A stretch of 26,876 nucleotides of DNA from a virus. Lineage: Duplodnaviria > Caudoviricetes. The stretch lies in IMG/VR virus record IMGVR_UViG_3300020044_002114, positions 1-26,876 of that record. One strand, written 5' to 3'. The notes beneath the pieces were generated by a model that saw only the letters and a program-made list of their open reading frames with translations, was not told the origin of the DNA and made no database searches. Shown here piece after piece: positions 1 through 9,452 of this stretch (the stretch's first letter is position 1; every line of letters starts with the position of its first letter). The translations under genes were made by a program, and so were the position numbers.

Positions 1-2
1 GA

Positions 3-104
3 AAGCCTACCCGACTTTTACTTTCTCTTAGAGCTTGGGGCGCAACGTCCAAGGAAGACGCTAAAGCTAAGGCTAAAGCGATCTCTAAGAGGAATATGAA
101 GTGA
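3..104 (+). CDS. 5'-truncated hypothetical phage protein (DUF6321-like C-terminus)
   Basis: Frame from nt 3 reads KPTRLLLSLRAWGATSKEDAKAKAKAISKRNMK*; TGA 102-104 overlaps the GTG start of the next gene (GTGA). Not in the ORF track. Confidence 0.7.
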   Translation, partial: KPTRLLLSLRAWGATSKEDAKAKAKAISKRNMK

Positions 105-436
105 GACCAGTATCAGTCGGAATTAACCCAACAGCCGCAACGCTGACAACTGTTTATACAGTTCCTACGGGTTATTACGCCAAGTTTACTGTGATGTACA
201 TTCACAACACTGGTGGCTCGACTAAGCACATTACTGTTCAGTGGTATGACGCAAGTACCGCTACAACCTTGGACATTCTTACGTCTTACAACTTAACTTC
301 TAAAGAATACCTTGAATTCAATGGTGTTGCTTACATCGTTTTAGAAGAAGGCGATAGGATTCAACTTACTACTGAAGCGGCAAGTTCATTCAGTTTTATT
401 GCCACATTTGAGGTTCAGGGAGCACAAAGAACATGA
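101..436 (+). CDS. Putative virion structural protein (beta-rich, 111 aa)
   Basis: Coupled to both neighbours (GTGA, ATGA overlaps); precedes adaptor/nozzle genes; beta-strand-like composition. Confidence 0.6.
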   Translation: MRPVSVGINPTAATLTTVYTVPTGYYAKFTVMYIHNTGGSTKHITVQWYDASTATTLDILTSYNLTSKEYLEFNGVAYIVLEEGDRIQLTTEAASSFSFIATFEVQGAQRT

Positions 437-1077
437 CCTACTTAGAACTTGTCAATGATGTTCTCACCCGTTTGCGTGAGACTAATGTTTCTACAGTCTC
501 AGAAACAAACTATTCCGCTTTGATTGGCAAGTTTGTCAATGATGGCAAGCGTCAGATTGAAGATGCTTATTCATGGAATGTGTTGTCTCAGACAGTCACA
601 GTTACCACTACCAGTGGCACAAGTTCATATTCTTTGACAGGTTCAGGTCAGAAGTTTCGTGTTAATGACGCTATTAACACTACCAGTGTTATAACATTGG
701 ATCACACGACTACTGCGGATATGAACCGCAAGTTGAACTTTGGCACACCTTCACAGTCTATTCCTAGCGAGTTCTGCTTTAACGGGGTAGATGGTAGTGG
801 CGACACAAAGATTGACCTATTTCCCGTCCCCAATGGTGTGTATACACTGAAGTTTGATTTAACCATCCCACAGGCTAATCTGTCTGCTGATGGCACTTCA
901 GTCAAGGTTTTGGACTACTTGGTTACTCAGAATGCCTATGCTCGTGCTTTGATGGAGCGTGGCGAAGATGGTGGTACAACAACTTCAGATGCCTATGTTT
1001 TATACAAAGGTATGCTCTCTGATGCTATTGCATTGGAAAGCACTCGTTATCCTGAAGACAACTTTGTGGCGGTGTAA
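433..1077 (+). CDS. Head-tail adaptor / tail tubular protein A-like
   Basis: N-terminal MTYLELVNDVLTRLRE helix and W-containing motif typical of podovirus adaptors; size and position before the nozzle gene. Confidence 0.75.
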   Translation: MTYLELVNDVLTRLRETNVSTVSETNYSALIGKFVNDGKRQIEDAYSWNVLSQTVTVTTTSGTSSYSLTGSGQKFRVNDAINTTSVITLDHTTTADMNRKLNFGTPSQSIPSEFCFNGVDGSGDTKIDLFPVPNGVYTLKFDLTIPQANLSADGTSVKVLDYLVTQNAYARALMERGEDGGTTTSDAYVLYKGMLSDAIALESTRYPEDNFVAV

Positions 1078-2621
1078 TGGCTGCACCACTTCAAAGCGAT
1101 AGCATTTCAGCACCAGGCTTTTATGGCCTGAATACTCAAGATTCGCCATTAGATTTGGCGTCTGGCTTCGCTTTGGTTGCAACCAACTGTGTCATTGACC
1201 AGTTTGGACGTATTGGTGCTAGAAAAGGTTACACGCTTGTTAACCCTTCATCTGGTAACTTAGGATTTAATGATGTTACTGTCATCCATGAGTTAGTGCA
1301 GATTGATGGCACTCTCACAGTTCTATTCGCAGGGAACAACAAGTTATTTAAACTTGGGACTTCTAATGCTGTTACTGAGTTGACCTATGGCGGTGGAGGT
1401 TCGGCTCCTACGATTACTGCTAGTAACTGGCATTGTGCTACTTTGAATGGAGTTACTTACTTCTTTCAATCTGGTCACGATCCATTGATTTTCGACCCTG
1501 CTGTAAGTACAACTACGTATCGTAGAGTGAGTGAGCGTTCTGGCTATGTAGCGACTGTTCCTTCTGCAAACATTGCTATTTCAGCATTTGGTCGTTTGTG
1601 GGTAGCTAACACTACAAGCAATAAGACAACTGTTTTCTTCTCTGATCTGATTGCAGGTCATGTATGGGCTGGTGGTACGACAGGTTCACTAGATGTGACC
1701 CGTGTATGGCCTAATGGTGCAGATGAAGTAATGGGTTTGGCAGCTCACAATGATTTCTTGTTTATCTTTGGTAAACGTCAGATTCTTGTTTATCAAGGTG
1801 CTACAACCCCCGCCACGATGTCTCTAAGCGACACAGTAGGCTCTATTGGGTGTGTTGCCAGAGATTCGATACAGAGTATTGGCTCTGACGTTATTTTCTT
1901 GTCAGACTCAGGTGTTCGTTCTTTGATGAGGACAATCCAAGAGAAGTCTGCACCACTTAGAGACTTGTCTAAGAACATTCGTTCTACTTTAGTTTCAGCT
2001 TTATCGGTTGAAACAATGAGTGCTGTGAAGTCTGTTTACTCAGAGAAGAATGCGTTTTATCTGCTTACGCTACCTGCATTGGCTCAAGTGTTCTGTTTTG
2101 ATACAAAGACACAACTTCCTGATGGTGCTTCCCGTGTAACGCAATGGAACAATATAGCCCCTACTTGTTTGTATTCACTACGAAATGGTGACTTGCTTAT
2201 TGGTAAAACTGGCTTCATTGGTAAGTATGGTGGCTATCAAGATAGCACATCCAACTATCGGTTTGCTTACTATACAAACCATGCAGACCTTGGTAATGTG
2301 AATCAAATCTCTATTTTGAAACGCATTAAGGTTATCGTTATTGGTGGCTCAGACCAGTTTGTAACGATAAAGTGGGGCTTTGATTTTGCTACCAATTATC
2401 TGTCAAGCAATGCGTATATCCCTGCTCAAGGAACATACGAATATGGTATTGCTGAATACAACATTTCAGAGTACTCTAACGGGGTTTTAATTAAGACCTT
2501 AGATGTAAGTGCATCTGGTGCTGGCAAGGTTGTTCAGACTGGATATGAGACAACAATCAATGGAACACAGTTATCAATTCAAAAGATTGAACTTTTAACT
2601 AAGAACGGCAAGATAGGATAA
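1077..2621 (+). CDS. Tail nozzle / tail tubular protein B (P22 gp10-like beta-propeller)
   Basis: 514 aa; starts GFYGLNTQDSP; repeated propeller-like blades (GRLWVA, FLFIFG, IGCVARDSI, VIFLSDSGV); position after the adaptor. Confidence 0.75.
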   Translation: MAAPLQSDSISAPGFYGLNTQDSPLDLASGFALVATNCVIDQFGRIGARKGYTLVNPSSGNLGFNDVTVIHELVQIDGTLTVLFAGNNKLFKLGTSNAVTELTYGGGGSAPTITASNWHCATLNGVTYFFQSGHDPLIFDPAVSTTTYRRVSERSGYVATVPSANIAISAFGRLWVANTTSNKTTVFFSDLIAGHVWAGGTTGSLDVTRVWPNGADEVMGLAAHNDFLFIFGKRQILVYQGATTPATMSLSDTVGSIGCVARDSIQSIGSDVIFLSDSGVRSLMRTIQEKSAPLRDLSKNIRSTLVSALSVETMSAVKSVYSEKNAFYLLTLPALAQVFCFDTKTQLPDGASRVTQWNNIAPTCLYSLRNGDLLIGKTGFIGKYGGYQDSTSNYRFAYYTNHADLGNVNQISILKRIKVIVIGGSDQFVTIKWGFDFATNYLSSNAYIPAQGTYEYGIAEYNISEYSNGVLIKTLDVSASGAGKVVQTGYETTINGTQLSIQKIELLTKNGKIG

Positions 2622-2623
2622 GT

Positions 2624-5500
2624 ATGTCACAATACACAAAAAGTACCAACTTCGCTACTAAAGATAATCTACCAACTGGTGATCCATTAAAGATTGTCAA
2701 GGGTACTGAGATTGACACTGAGTACAACAATATTGCTACTGCTATTGCGACAAAGACAGACAACTCTGCTGCCGCAATTACTGGTGGAACGATTACTGGT
2801 ATTACAGACTTAGCTGTTGCTGATGGCGGTACAGGAGCTTCTACGGCTGCTGGCGCTTTAAATAATCTGTTGCCTAGCCAAACAGGTAACGCCAACAAGT
2901 ATCTTCAGACTGATGGCACTAATGCTACTTGGGATGCAATCAGTATCAATACTGGCGACATTACAGGTACTTTGCCAATTGCAAATGGTGGTACTGGAAC
3001 TACATCTACAACCTTTGTAAACGCTGCAACAAATGTCACAGGAACTCTTCCAGTAGCAAATGGTGGTACTGGTGTAACTAGCTCAACAGGTTCTGGCAAT
3101 AACGTACTGTCTACAAGTCCTACATTGGTGACTCCAGTATTGGGAACTCCTACATCTGCTACTTTGACAAACGCTACTGGCTTGCCTCTGTCTACAGGCA
3201 TCTCAGGACTTGGTACTGGTGTAGCGACTGCTTTGGCTATCAACACGCCTAATATCGGTGCTATGGTTGTCAATGGTGGTGCTTTAGGTACTCCATCAAG
3301 CGGTGTTGTGACCCACTTGACAGGAACTGCCTCAATCAACATCAATGGTCAAGTTGGCTCTTCAACACCTAATAGCGGTAACTTTACAACATTAACTACA
3401 TCTAGCACTGTAATTATTGGTAATGGCACTGTTGACGGAGTTCTTTATTTAGATGCCTCTAAAAATCTAGTCTCAGGAAGTGTTCTATCGTTTAGTGGTG
3501 TTCATCTCATATCTAATCGTAATAAAGATACAACTTACTCTGCTACAGACTTCACAACCTATGCCAATGGTTTCATTCTAAATAACAGTGCAACTCCTGC
3601 TACTGGAATTTTTAACTCCATTTCCTTCAGTAACAATGCCAATATGAAGAACGTGTTTGGCGTTGTGCAGAATTCTAGTGGTTATGGTGATTTCGTATGG
3701 GCGGGTTACTCTGGCTCTTATACAGAGTGGATGAAGCTATCAAGCTCTGGTTTGACCCTGACAAGCAATCCAACCCTCTCTGGAGGCACAGCCAACGGAG
3801 TAACCTATCTCAATGGTTCAAAGGTTCTGACAAGTGGCTCTGCGCTTACTTTTGATGGGACTAATTTAGGTGTTGGAGTGACAAGCCCAAGTCAAAAGTT
3901 AGAACTGACTGGTGTACTCCGAGTAAAAAACGCAAATGCAGACACAAACGGCTTAAATTTAAGCAGTGATGTAAATGGAATTGGATATATAAATGCAGGA
4001 TATGCAAGTGTTGGTGCAATATCATTTCAATCGGCTGGCACAGAAATATTTAGAGCCACATCCTCAAGCCTTTATACGGCTAGTGGAATCAATGTAGGGT
4101 TTGGTACAAGTACAGTATCAGGCGCAAGACTAACTGTTTCGACATCTGATGCAAATGTTTTACTTGCTACAAGTTCTACAACAGGAAATACGAATCTACG
4201 TGTAGCAAATACTGCCGCAGGGGGTAGTTACATTGATTTAGCCAGTGGTTCAACGGGGCATTATCTATTTGGTGCTGGCGCAATACCATTAGTGTTTGGT
4301 ACTAACAGCACAACTAGAGCCACACTCGATGCCTCAGGCAATCTAGGCTTGGGAGTTACTCCGAGTGCTTGGAGTGGCTTTAAAGCAATGCAAGTTGGCA
4401 GTACAGTTGCGTTATGGGGTGCATCATCAGGCGCAGGTTCACTCTTTTTATCTTCAAATACTTATTATGACGGCGCTAATTTTAGATATTTAAACACTGC
4501 TAACGCTACTTTTTATGCTCAAGGCTCAACTGGCACTCATACTTGGAACACAGCCCCATCAGGCACAGCAGGAGACGCTATCTCCTTTACTCAGGCCATG
4601 ACCCTCACAGCGGCAGGTGATTTGGGTGTGGGGACTACAAGTCCGACTGGACGAGTGGATGCGGCCATGACAGCAGGCTCATTAACTGGCTATTCTTTGT
4701 CATTAGGAGGCGTTGAAGTTGGGTCGCTAAAAGGTAACTCCACAACAGGCGAAATCCGAATTGGTGGAACTTATACTAATTACTTTCCTACTTTCTATTC
4801 AAGCGGCTCAGAACGAGCCAGAATAACGTCAGCGGGGGACTTGCTGGTGGGGACTACGAGTACTGATGATAGTGTTATGGGTTTCAGAGTTCAAGTTTAT
4901 AACTCTGGTAGATACGTATCTTGTTCATCTGATGCTCTTGCCGCTGCCGTTTTTAATAGAAATACAGATGATGGCAATATAGTAGAGCTTAGACAAGCGG
5001 GGACTACTGAAGGCACTATCTCTGTTTCAGGCACAACTGTTTCCTACAATGGTGGTCACTTATCTCGGTGGGCGCAGACTACTACAGCCAAAGACGAATC
5101 ACTTGTTAAAGGTACTGTTCTTTCAAACCTTGACGCAATGAATGTTTACACAGACGCTGAAGGCAATCCTATTGCCAATGAGCAGTTAAACAAAGTTAAA
5201 GTATCTGACATTGAAGGCGATGTAAACGTGGCTGGTGTGTTTGTGAACTGGACACATGATGAGCAACACAATGTTGATGAAATTAACATGGCGATGACAG
5301 GCGATATGATTATTCGCATTGCTCAAGGTGTAACTGTTGTTCGTGGTGAATTGCTCATGTCTGCGGGTGATGGAACTGCCAAGCCACAAGGCGATGACAT
5401 TGTTCGCTCTAAGACTGTTGCTAAAGTAACTTCAAACCACATCACTTGCACATACGCAGATGGCTCATATTGTGTGCCTTGCGTTTTAATGGCTTGCTAA
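2624..5500 (+). CDS. Tail fibre / receptor-binding protein with C-terminal intramolecular-chaperone (peptidase G2/IMC-like) domain
   Basis: N-terminal attachment domain (GTEIDTEYNNIATAI), T/G/S-rich shaft with LP(I/V)ANGGTG and (N/D)LG(V/L)G.T repeats, C-terminal GGHLSRW...GDMIIRI...GELLMSAGDGTA segment. Confidence 0.85.
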   Translation: MSQYTKSTNFATKDNLPTGDPLKIVKGTEIDTEYNNIATAIATKTDNSAAAITGGTITGITDLAVADGGTGASTAAGALNNLLPSQTGNANKYLQTDGTNATWDAISINTGDITGTLPIANGGTGTTSTTFVNAATNVTGTLPVANGGTGVTSSTGSGNNVLSTSPTLVTPVLGTPTSATLTNATGLPLSTGISGLGTGVATALAINTPNIGAMVVNGGALGTPSSGVVTHLTGTASININGQVGSSTPNSGNFTTLTTSSTVIIGNGTVDGVLYLDASKNLVSGSVLSFSGVHLISNRNKDTTYSATDFTTYANGFILNNSATPATGIFNSISFSNNANMKNVFGVVQNSSGYGDFVWAGYSGSYTEWMKLSSSGLTLTSNPTLSGGTANGVTYLNGSKVLTSGSALTFDGTNLGVGVTSPSQKLELTGVLRVKNANADTNGLNLSSDVNGIGYINAGYASVGAISFQSAGTEIFRATSSSLYTASGINVGFGTSTVSGARLTVSTSDANVLLATSSTTGNTNLRVANTAAGGSYIDLASGSTGHYLFGAGAIPLVFGTNSTTRATLDASGNLGLGVTPSAWSGFKAMQVGSTVALWGASSGAGSLFLSSNTYYDGANFRYLNTANATFYAQGSTGTHTWNTAPSGTAGDAISFTQAMTLTAAGDLGVGTTSPTGRVDAAMTAGSLTGYSLSLGGVEVGSLKGNSTTGEIRIGGTYTNYFPTFYSSGSERARITSAGDLLVGTTSTDDSVMGFRVQVYNSGRYVSCSSDALAAAVFNRNTDDGNIVELRQAGTTEGTISVSGTTVSYNGGHLSRWAQTTTAKDESLVKGTVLSNLDAMNVYTDAEGNPIANEQLNKVKVSDIEGDVNVAGVFVNWTHDEQHNVDEINMAMTGDMIIRIAQGVTVVRGELLMSAGDGTAKPQGDDIVRSKTVAKVTSNHITCTYADGSYCVPCVLMAC

Positions 5501-5519
5501 TCTTTAAAAGGAAAATATC

Positions 5520-5819
5520 ATGACTACTACTTGGACTATCTCAACACTTGAGCGTGAAACCTCAAACGGCTTTGTAAAAACCTGTCACTGGCAAGCCACA
5601 GCAGTAGATGGAGAATACACAGCCTCTATCTATTCAACTTGCTCATGGGCTGATGGCGCACCAACAATAGCCTATGCAGACCTTACACAAGAAACTGTCC
5701 TCGGATGGGTGTGGGCTAATGGGGTTGATAAACAAGCCACAGAAGCTGCTCTGGCGGCTAATATTGCTTTGCAGAAGAATCCTGTTCAGGCTCAGGGTGT
5801 TCCTTGGGCTACTGCTTAA
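5520..5819 (+). CDS. Tail-fibre-associated small protein (WTI...PW family)
   Basis: AAGGA RBS; directly follows the fibre; TWTISTLER...VLGWVW...GVPW pattern common downstream of fibres. Confidence 0.6.
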   Translation: MTTTWTISTLERETSNGFVKTCHWQATAVDGEYTASIYSTCSWADGAPTIAYADLTQETVLGWVWANGVDKQATEAALAANIALQKNPVQAQGVPWATA

Positions 5820-5824
5820 TTTAA

Positions 5825-5852
5825 CAGGAAGCCACTACCTGAACTTAGTGGC
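5825..5852 (+). promoter_or_regulatory. Putative H-type RNA pseudoknot upstream of an RBS
   Basis: CAGG(5825-28) pairs with CCTG(5838-41); GCCACTA(5831-37) pairs with TAGTGGC(5846-52); AGGAG follows a few nt later. Confidence 0.5.
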
Positions 5853-5868
5853 ACATTAGGAGAAAATC

Positions 5869-6072
5869 ATGGGAAAAAATGAAAAGACCCCTGTGACGAT
5901 AGATGGTGTTGAGTACAAGTATGAAGACATGACTAAAGAGCAACAAATGATGGTTAATCATGTTGCAGACTTAGATCGTAAACTTGACTCAACTAGGTTT
6001 AATTTAGATCAAATGCAAGTTGGACGTGAAGCATTCTTTAAGATGCTCAAAGAGTCCTTAGAATCGGAGTAA
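5869..6072 (+). CDS. Small coiled-coil hypothetical protein
   Basis: AGGAG RBS; VTIDGVEY N-terminus followed by a heptad-like helix. Confidence 0.7.
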   Translation: MGKNEKTPVTIDGVEYKYEDMTKEQQMMVNHVADLDRKLDSTRFNLDQMQVGREAFFKMLKESLESE

Positions 6073-6077
6073 AGAAA

Positions 6078-8213
6078 ATGGCCGTAACGAATCAGCAAAT
6101 TGTAGAGTTCTTGCTTGCTAATCCAGGCATGAGTGATGCCGAAATCGTTGCGGCTATGGAGACCTATAAAATCTCCCCTGCTCAGATGGCAGAGACTGTT
6201 GGACTTCCTGTAGCAGCTATTCAGGAAAAATTTGATGCTGCTCTACCATTTGTAAATCCTCAGATTGAAGAACGTGTAGTTGATATGGGTGAAGGGACTC
6301 GCTCTGAGTACTATATCAAGGGCACGGATATTCAAGCAGATGCTCCTACTTTTACAGAGACTTCTCCTACAACAGGACTTACCGAGTCTTCTGCTCCTGA
6401 ACTAAAAGCCAACAACATTACTATTTACGATCCTCAAGCAAAGGGTGAGTATGTTTACACCCCTGATGGAAAGTTAATTGGATTTAACCCTGGTGAGCGT
6501 GATAGCGGCTTTGGTGGTTTTTTAAATGAAGTCTACCAAGATAATAAGGGTGTAATTATCCCCGCCCTAACATTTGGTGCTTTGAGTTCTGCAGGGTTGC
6601 TTAGTGGTGCGGCAGGCGGTGCGGCTACTGTAGGTGCTACAGAAGCAGCTACAGCTTTTGAATTAGCAAATGCAGGTATTGCAGGTGGTACGGCAGCTTT
6701 TACCCCTGCTCAATTAGCGCTTATTGAAGCTGGTGCTACTGCGGCTGAGGTAGCTGCTGCAGGTACAGGTACTGCAGGTTTACTAACAAGTGCAACTCCT
6801 ACTGCTGCGGCTACTGCTCCTACTGGCGCAACATTAAAAGCAGGTGCAAGTAGTTTACTACCTACAAATGCTTTAACTGGCACAACATTGGGAACTGCGG
6901 CAGCGGGTGCTGGCGGTGCAAGTTTATTAACACCTGCGGCTACTGCGACAGCGGGTGGTTTATTAACTACTGCGGCAACTAAAGCGGCAGAAAGCGTTAT
7001 AGGAAAAGCCGTTGGTGCTGGTTTAACTACTGCGGCTGGTATAGAGCAAGCTAGGGTCTCTAAGGAAGCCGCACAAGCTGCCCAAAAGAAGATTGACGAA
7101 GAAACGGCTGCGGCTAAAACTGCGGCTCAGTTTAGACCTGTTGGCATGACAACTAGGTTTGGTTCTTCACAGTTTGCTTTTGATCCTAAAACGGGTCAAT
7201 TGACAAGCGCAGGGTACACACTGAGTCCTGAAGCTAAAGCGGCTCAAGATAGGTTTGTTAAGTTAGCTGAGTCTGGTATTCAACAAGCAGAAGGTGCTCA
7301 GGAAGCCTTTAAACCCCTCCAAACGGGTGCTCAGAGCTTGTTTACATTGGGTAACAAGTATTTGGCTCAATCTCCTGAACAAGTTGCCTCAGACTATTTA
7401 AAGAGTCAGATGGCTTTGTTGCAACCAGGCAGAGAGTTGGAGTTGGCTAATCTGCAAAACAAACTTCAACAACAAGGTCGTGCGGGTCTTTCTGTTGCTC
7501 AAGGTGGTACTTTGGGAGCAACTACTCCTGAATTACAGGCTTTGTTTAACGCTCGTGCTCAACAAGAGGCTATCTTGGCGGCTAATGCTCAAAGAGAAGG
7601 TCAACAGAACGTATTGTTTGGTGCGGGACTCTTGGGTACTGGTGCTTCTACTATGGGTCAGTACTATGGTGGTCAACAAGCCGCTTATTCACCTTACACG
7701 ACTGCTATGAACCAAGTTCAAGCCTTGGAGAGTGCAGGTCAACAACCATTAACTACTGGCATCAACTTGGGTAATCTTGTTTCTACGGCAGGTGCTAGAG
7801 CAGGTGAATTAGGCTTACGGGGTGCGGGTCAGAGCGTAGCATTGGCTACAGGGGCAGCGGCTACCAATAGCCCTCTTGCTACAGCACTTACTGGTTTAGG
7901 TTCTTCAGGTCTTTTGACTACTGGAATCAATACTGCTATTGATGCGTTTTCTAGCAATCAACTTGATCCATCAAGACCTTTGGGACAAAGATTAGAGCAA
8001 CCAGCTTCTGGTGGATTTCTTCCAGGCTCAGGATTGGTAAATGATCTTTCAATGTCTGAAGTTGGCCCAGCAAGAGTAGCCGCACCAACAGGCCCAATGG
8101 ATGTAAATACTGCTGACATGGCTAGAAGGTTAGGCATCAATTTGCCTGCAAGTTACACAGGAACTACTACTACAGTAAATCCTCTTCTGCCTAATCAACA
8201 ATACACTTTTTAA
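6078..8213 (+). CDS. Internal virion / DNA ejection protein 1
   Basis: 711 aa, A/G/T-rich low-complexity middle and Q/A-rich helical C-half; first of three large ORFs after the tail genes, as in P22/T7. Confidence 0.65.
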   Translation: MAVTNQQIVEFLLANPGMSDAEIVAAMETYKISPAQMAETVGLPVAAIQEKFDAALPFVNPQIEERVVDMGEGTRSEYYIKGTDIQADAPTFTETSPTTGLTESSAPELKANNITIYDPQAKGEYVYTPDGKLIGFNPGERDSGFGGFLNEVYQDNKGVIIPALTFGALSSAGLLSGAAGGAATVGATEAATAFELANAGIAGGTAAFTPAQLALIEAGATAAEVAAAGTGTAGLLTSATPTAAATAPTGATLKAGASSLLPTNALTGTTLGTAAAGAGGASLLTPAATATAGGLLTTAATKAAESVIGKAVGAGLTTAAGIEQARVSKEAAQAAQKKIDEETAAAKTAAQFRPVGMTTRFGSSQFAFDPKTGQLTSAGYTLSPEAKAAQDRFVKLAESGIQQAEGAQEAFKPLQTGAQSLFTLGNKYLAQSPEQVASDYLKSQMALLQPGRELELANLQNKLQQQGRAGLSVAQGGTLGATTPELQALFNARAQQEAILAANAQREGQQNVLFGAGLLGTGASTMGQYYGGQQAAYSPYTTAMNQVQALESAGQQPLTTGINLGNLVSTAGARAGELGLRGAGQSVALATGAAATNSPLATALTGLGSSGLLTTGINTAIDAFSSNQLDPSRPLGQRLEQPASGGFLPGSGLVNDLSMSEVGPARVAAPTGPMDVNTADMARRLGINLPASYTGTTTTVNPLLPNQQYTF

Positions 8214-8222
8214 GGATAAATC

Positions 8223-9443
8223 ATGGCAACTATAGTTGAGGGTTTATTTGGCCTAACCCCTGAAATGTATGGTCAACAACAACGTACTTCTGCTTTAAAC
8301 GAAGGCGTAAGGTTGGCTCAATTAGACCCTGCGGCTCGTGGTCAGGCATTAATCTATGCGGGTGCTAGAGGACTTGCTGATGTGGCTGGTGGTGCATTGG
8401 GTGCAGAAGACCCTCAGTTGCGTCTAATCAGCACTAGGAACTCTATTGCCCAACAGATTGACCAGAACAATCCTGAGTCGATTATGAAGGGTGCTCAGAT
8501 GCTTGCTCAAGCGGGTGACCAACAAGGTGCTATGGCATTGGCTCAATATGCTCGTCAAGCACAAGGTGATGTAGCTCAAATTCAACAAAGACGGGCGGCT
8601 GCATTAGCGTCTGAAGCAGCAGCACGTCGTGAGAGAGTCCAAGCCGATCCATTCCAAAAATTAGTGGAATCAGGTAAATATACCCCTGCAAGTCTTGCAG
8701 AGTTTCAAAGAACTGGATTACCAGAAGATTTAGTCTTATACGAAAAACCAGAAAAGCCTACTAAAACTAGTTATGGCCCTGAAGCTGACAGAGTTTCCAA
8801 AGCAAGATTTGGTAAAAACTTTGATGAATTGACCCAAGCAGAAGCGACTGTAATAGACACTTTATTAGAAGAACGTGGTGTTAAAAAGGCTAAAGAAGGT
8901 GCTTCTAAATTGGTATTGCCAGGTGATAAGACATTGGCAGATATTCCAGCATTTAGGGCAAGTGTTCAACGCACAATTGATCCTCAACTTAAAGCGGTAA
9001 CTGCTGCTGATAATGCTTTGGAAAACATCCAAGACTCTATCAACACAAATAACTTTGCATCTTTTAGGGCAGCGCAAACACAATTTGCTAGGGCTATTTC
9101 TGGTTCTGGAGATTTAAGTCAGAAGGAATTGTTAGCGGCTGGTGCTGATCCTTCATTGCTTGGTGGGACTGCTGATTATGTAGCTAGATTGTTTACTTCT
9201 ACTCCAACTCTTGACACACAAGAAAAAATCAAGAAGACACTCTTGGCTATTAAGAAAGTTTCTACAAACAAAGCTAAGACTGAAATTGAAGCGCAACGCA
9301 AGATTGCTTACAGTAATCCTGGCTATGAAAAGGCTCGTGTTGACCAAGCTCTTGATTTCCCAGAGTTCTCAGGTGTTGCAGAGAAGAAAACCAATACTAG
9401 AACATTAAAAAGCGGTAAAGTTGTTACTGTTGTTGAAGAATAA
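8223..9443 (+). CDS. Internal virion / DNA ejection protein 2
   Basis: AAGGA RBS; A/Q-rich helical, no Cys; position. Confidence 0.6.
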   Translation: MATIVEGLFGLTPEMYGQQQRTSALNEGVRLAQLDPAARGQALIYAGARGLADVAGGALGAEDPQLRLISTRNSIAQQIDQNNPESIMKGAQMLAQAGDQQGAMALAQYARQAQGDVAQIQQRRAAALASEAAARRERVQADPFQKLVESGKYTPASLAEFQRTGLPEDLVLYEKPEKPTKTSYGPEADRVSKARFGKNFDELTQAEATVIDTLLEERGVKKAKEGASKLVLPGDKTLADIPAFRASVQRTIDPQLKAVTAADNALENIQDSINTNNFASFRAAQTQFARAISGSGDLSQKELLAAGADPSLLGGTADYVARLFTSTPTLDTQEKIKKTLLAIKKVSTNKAKTEIEAQRKIAYSNPGYEKARVDQALDFPEFSGVAEKKTNTRTLKSGKVVTVVEE

Positions 9444-9452
9444 GGATACATC

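Noticed and set aside
6590-7050. Ala/Gly/Thr repeats as a DGR or programmed variable region
   Set aside because: Degenerate low-complexity coding repeats; no template/variable repeat pair or reverse transcriptase in the window.
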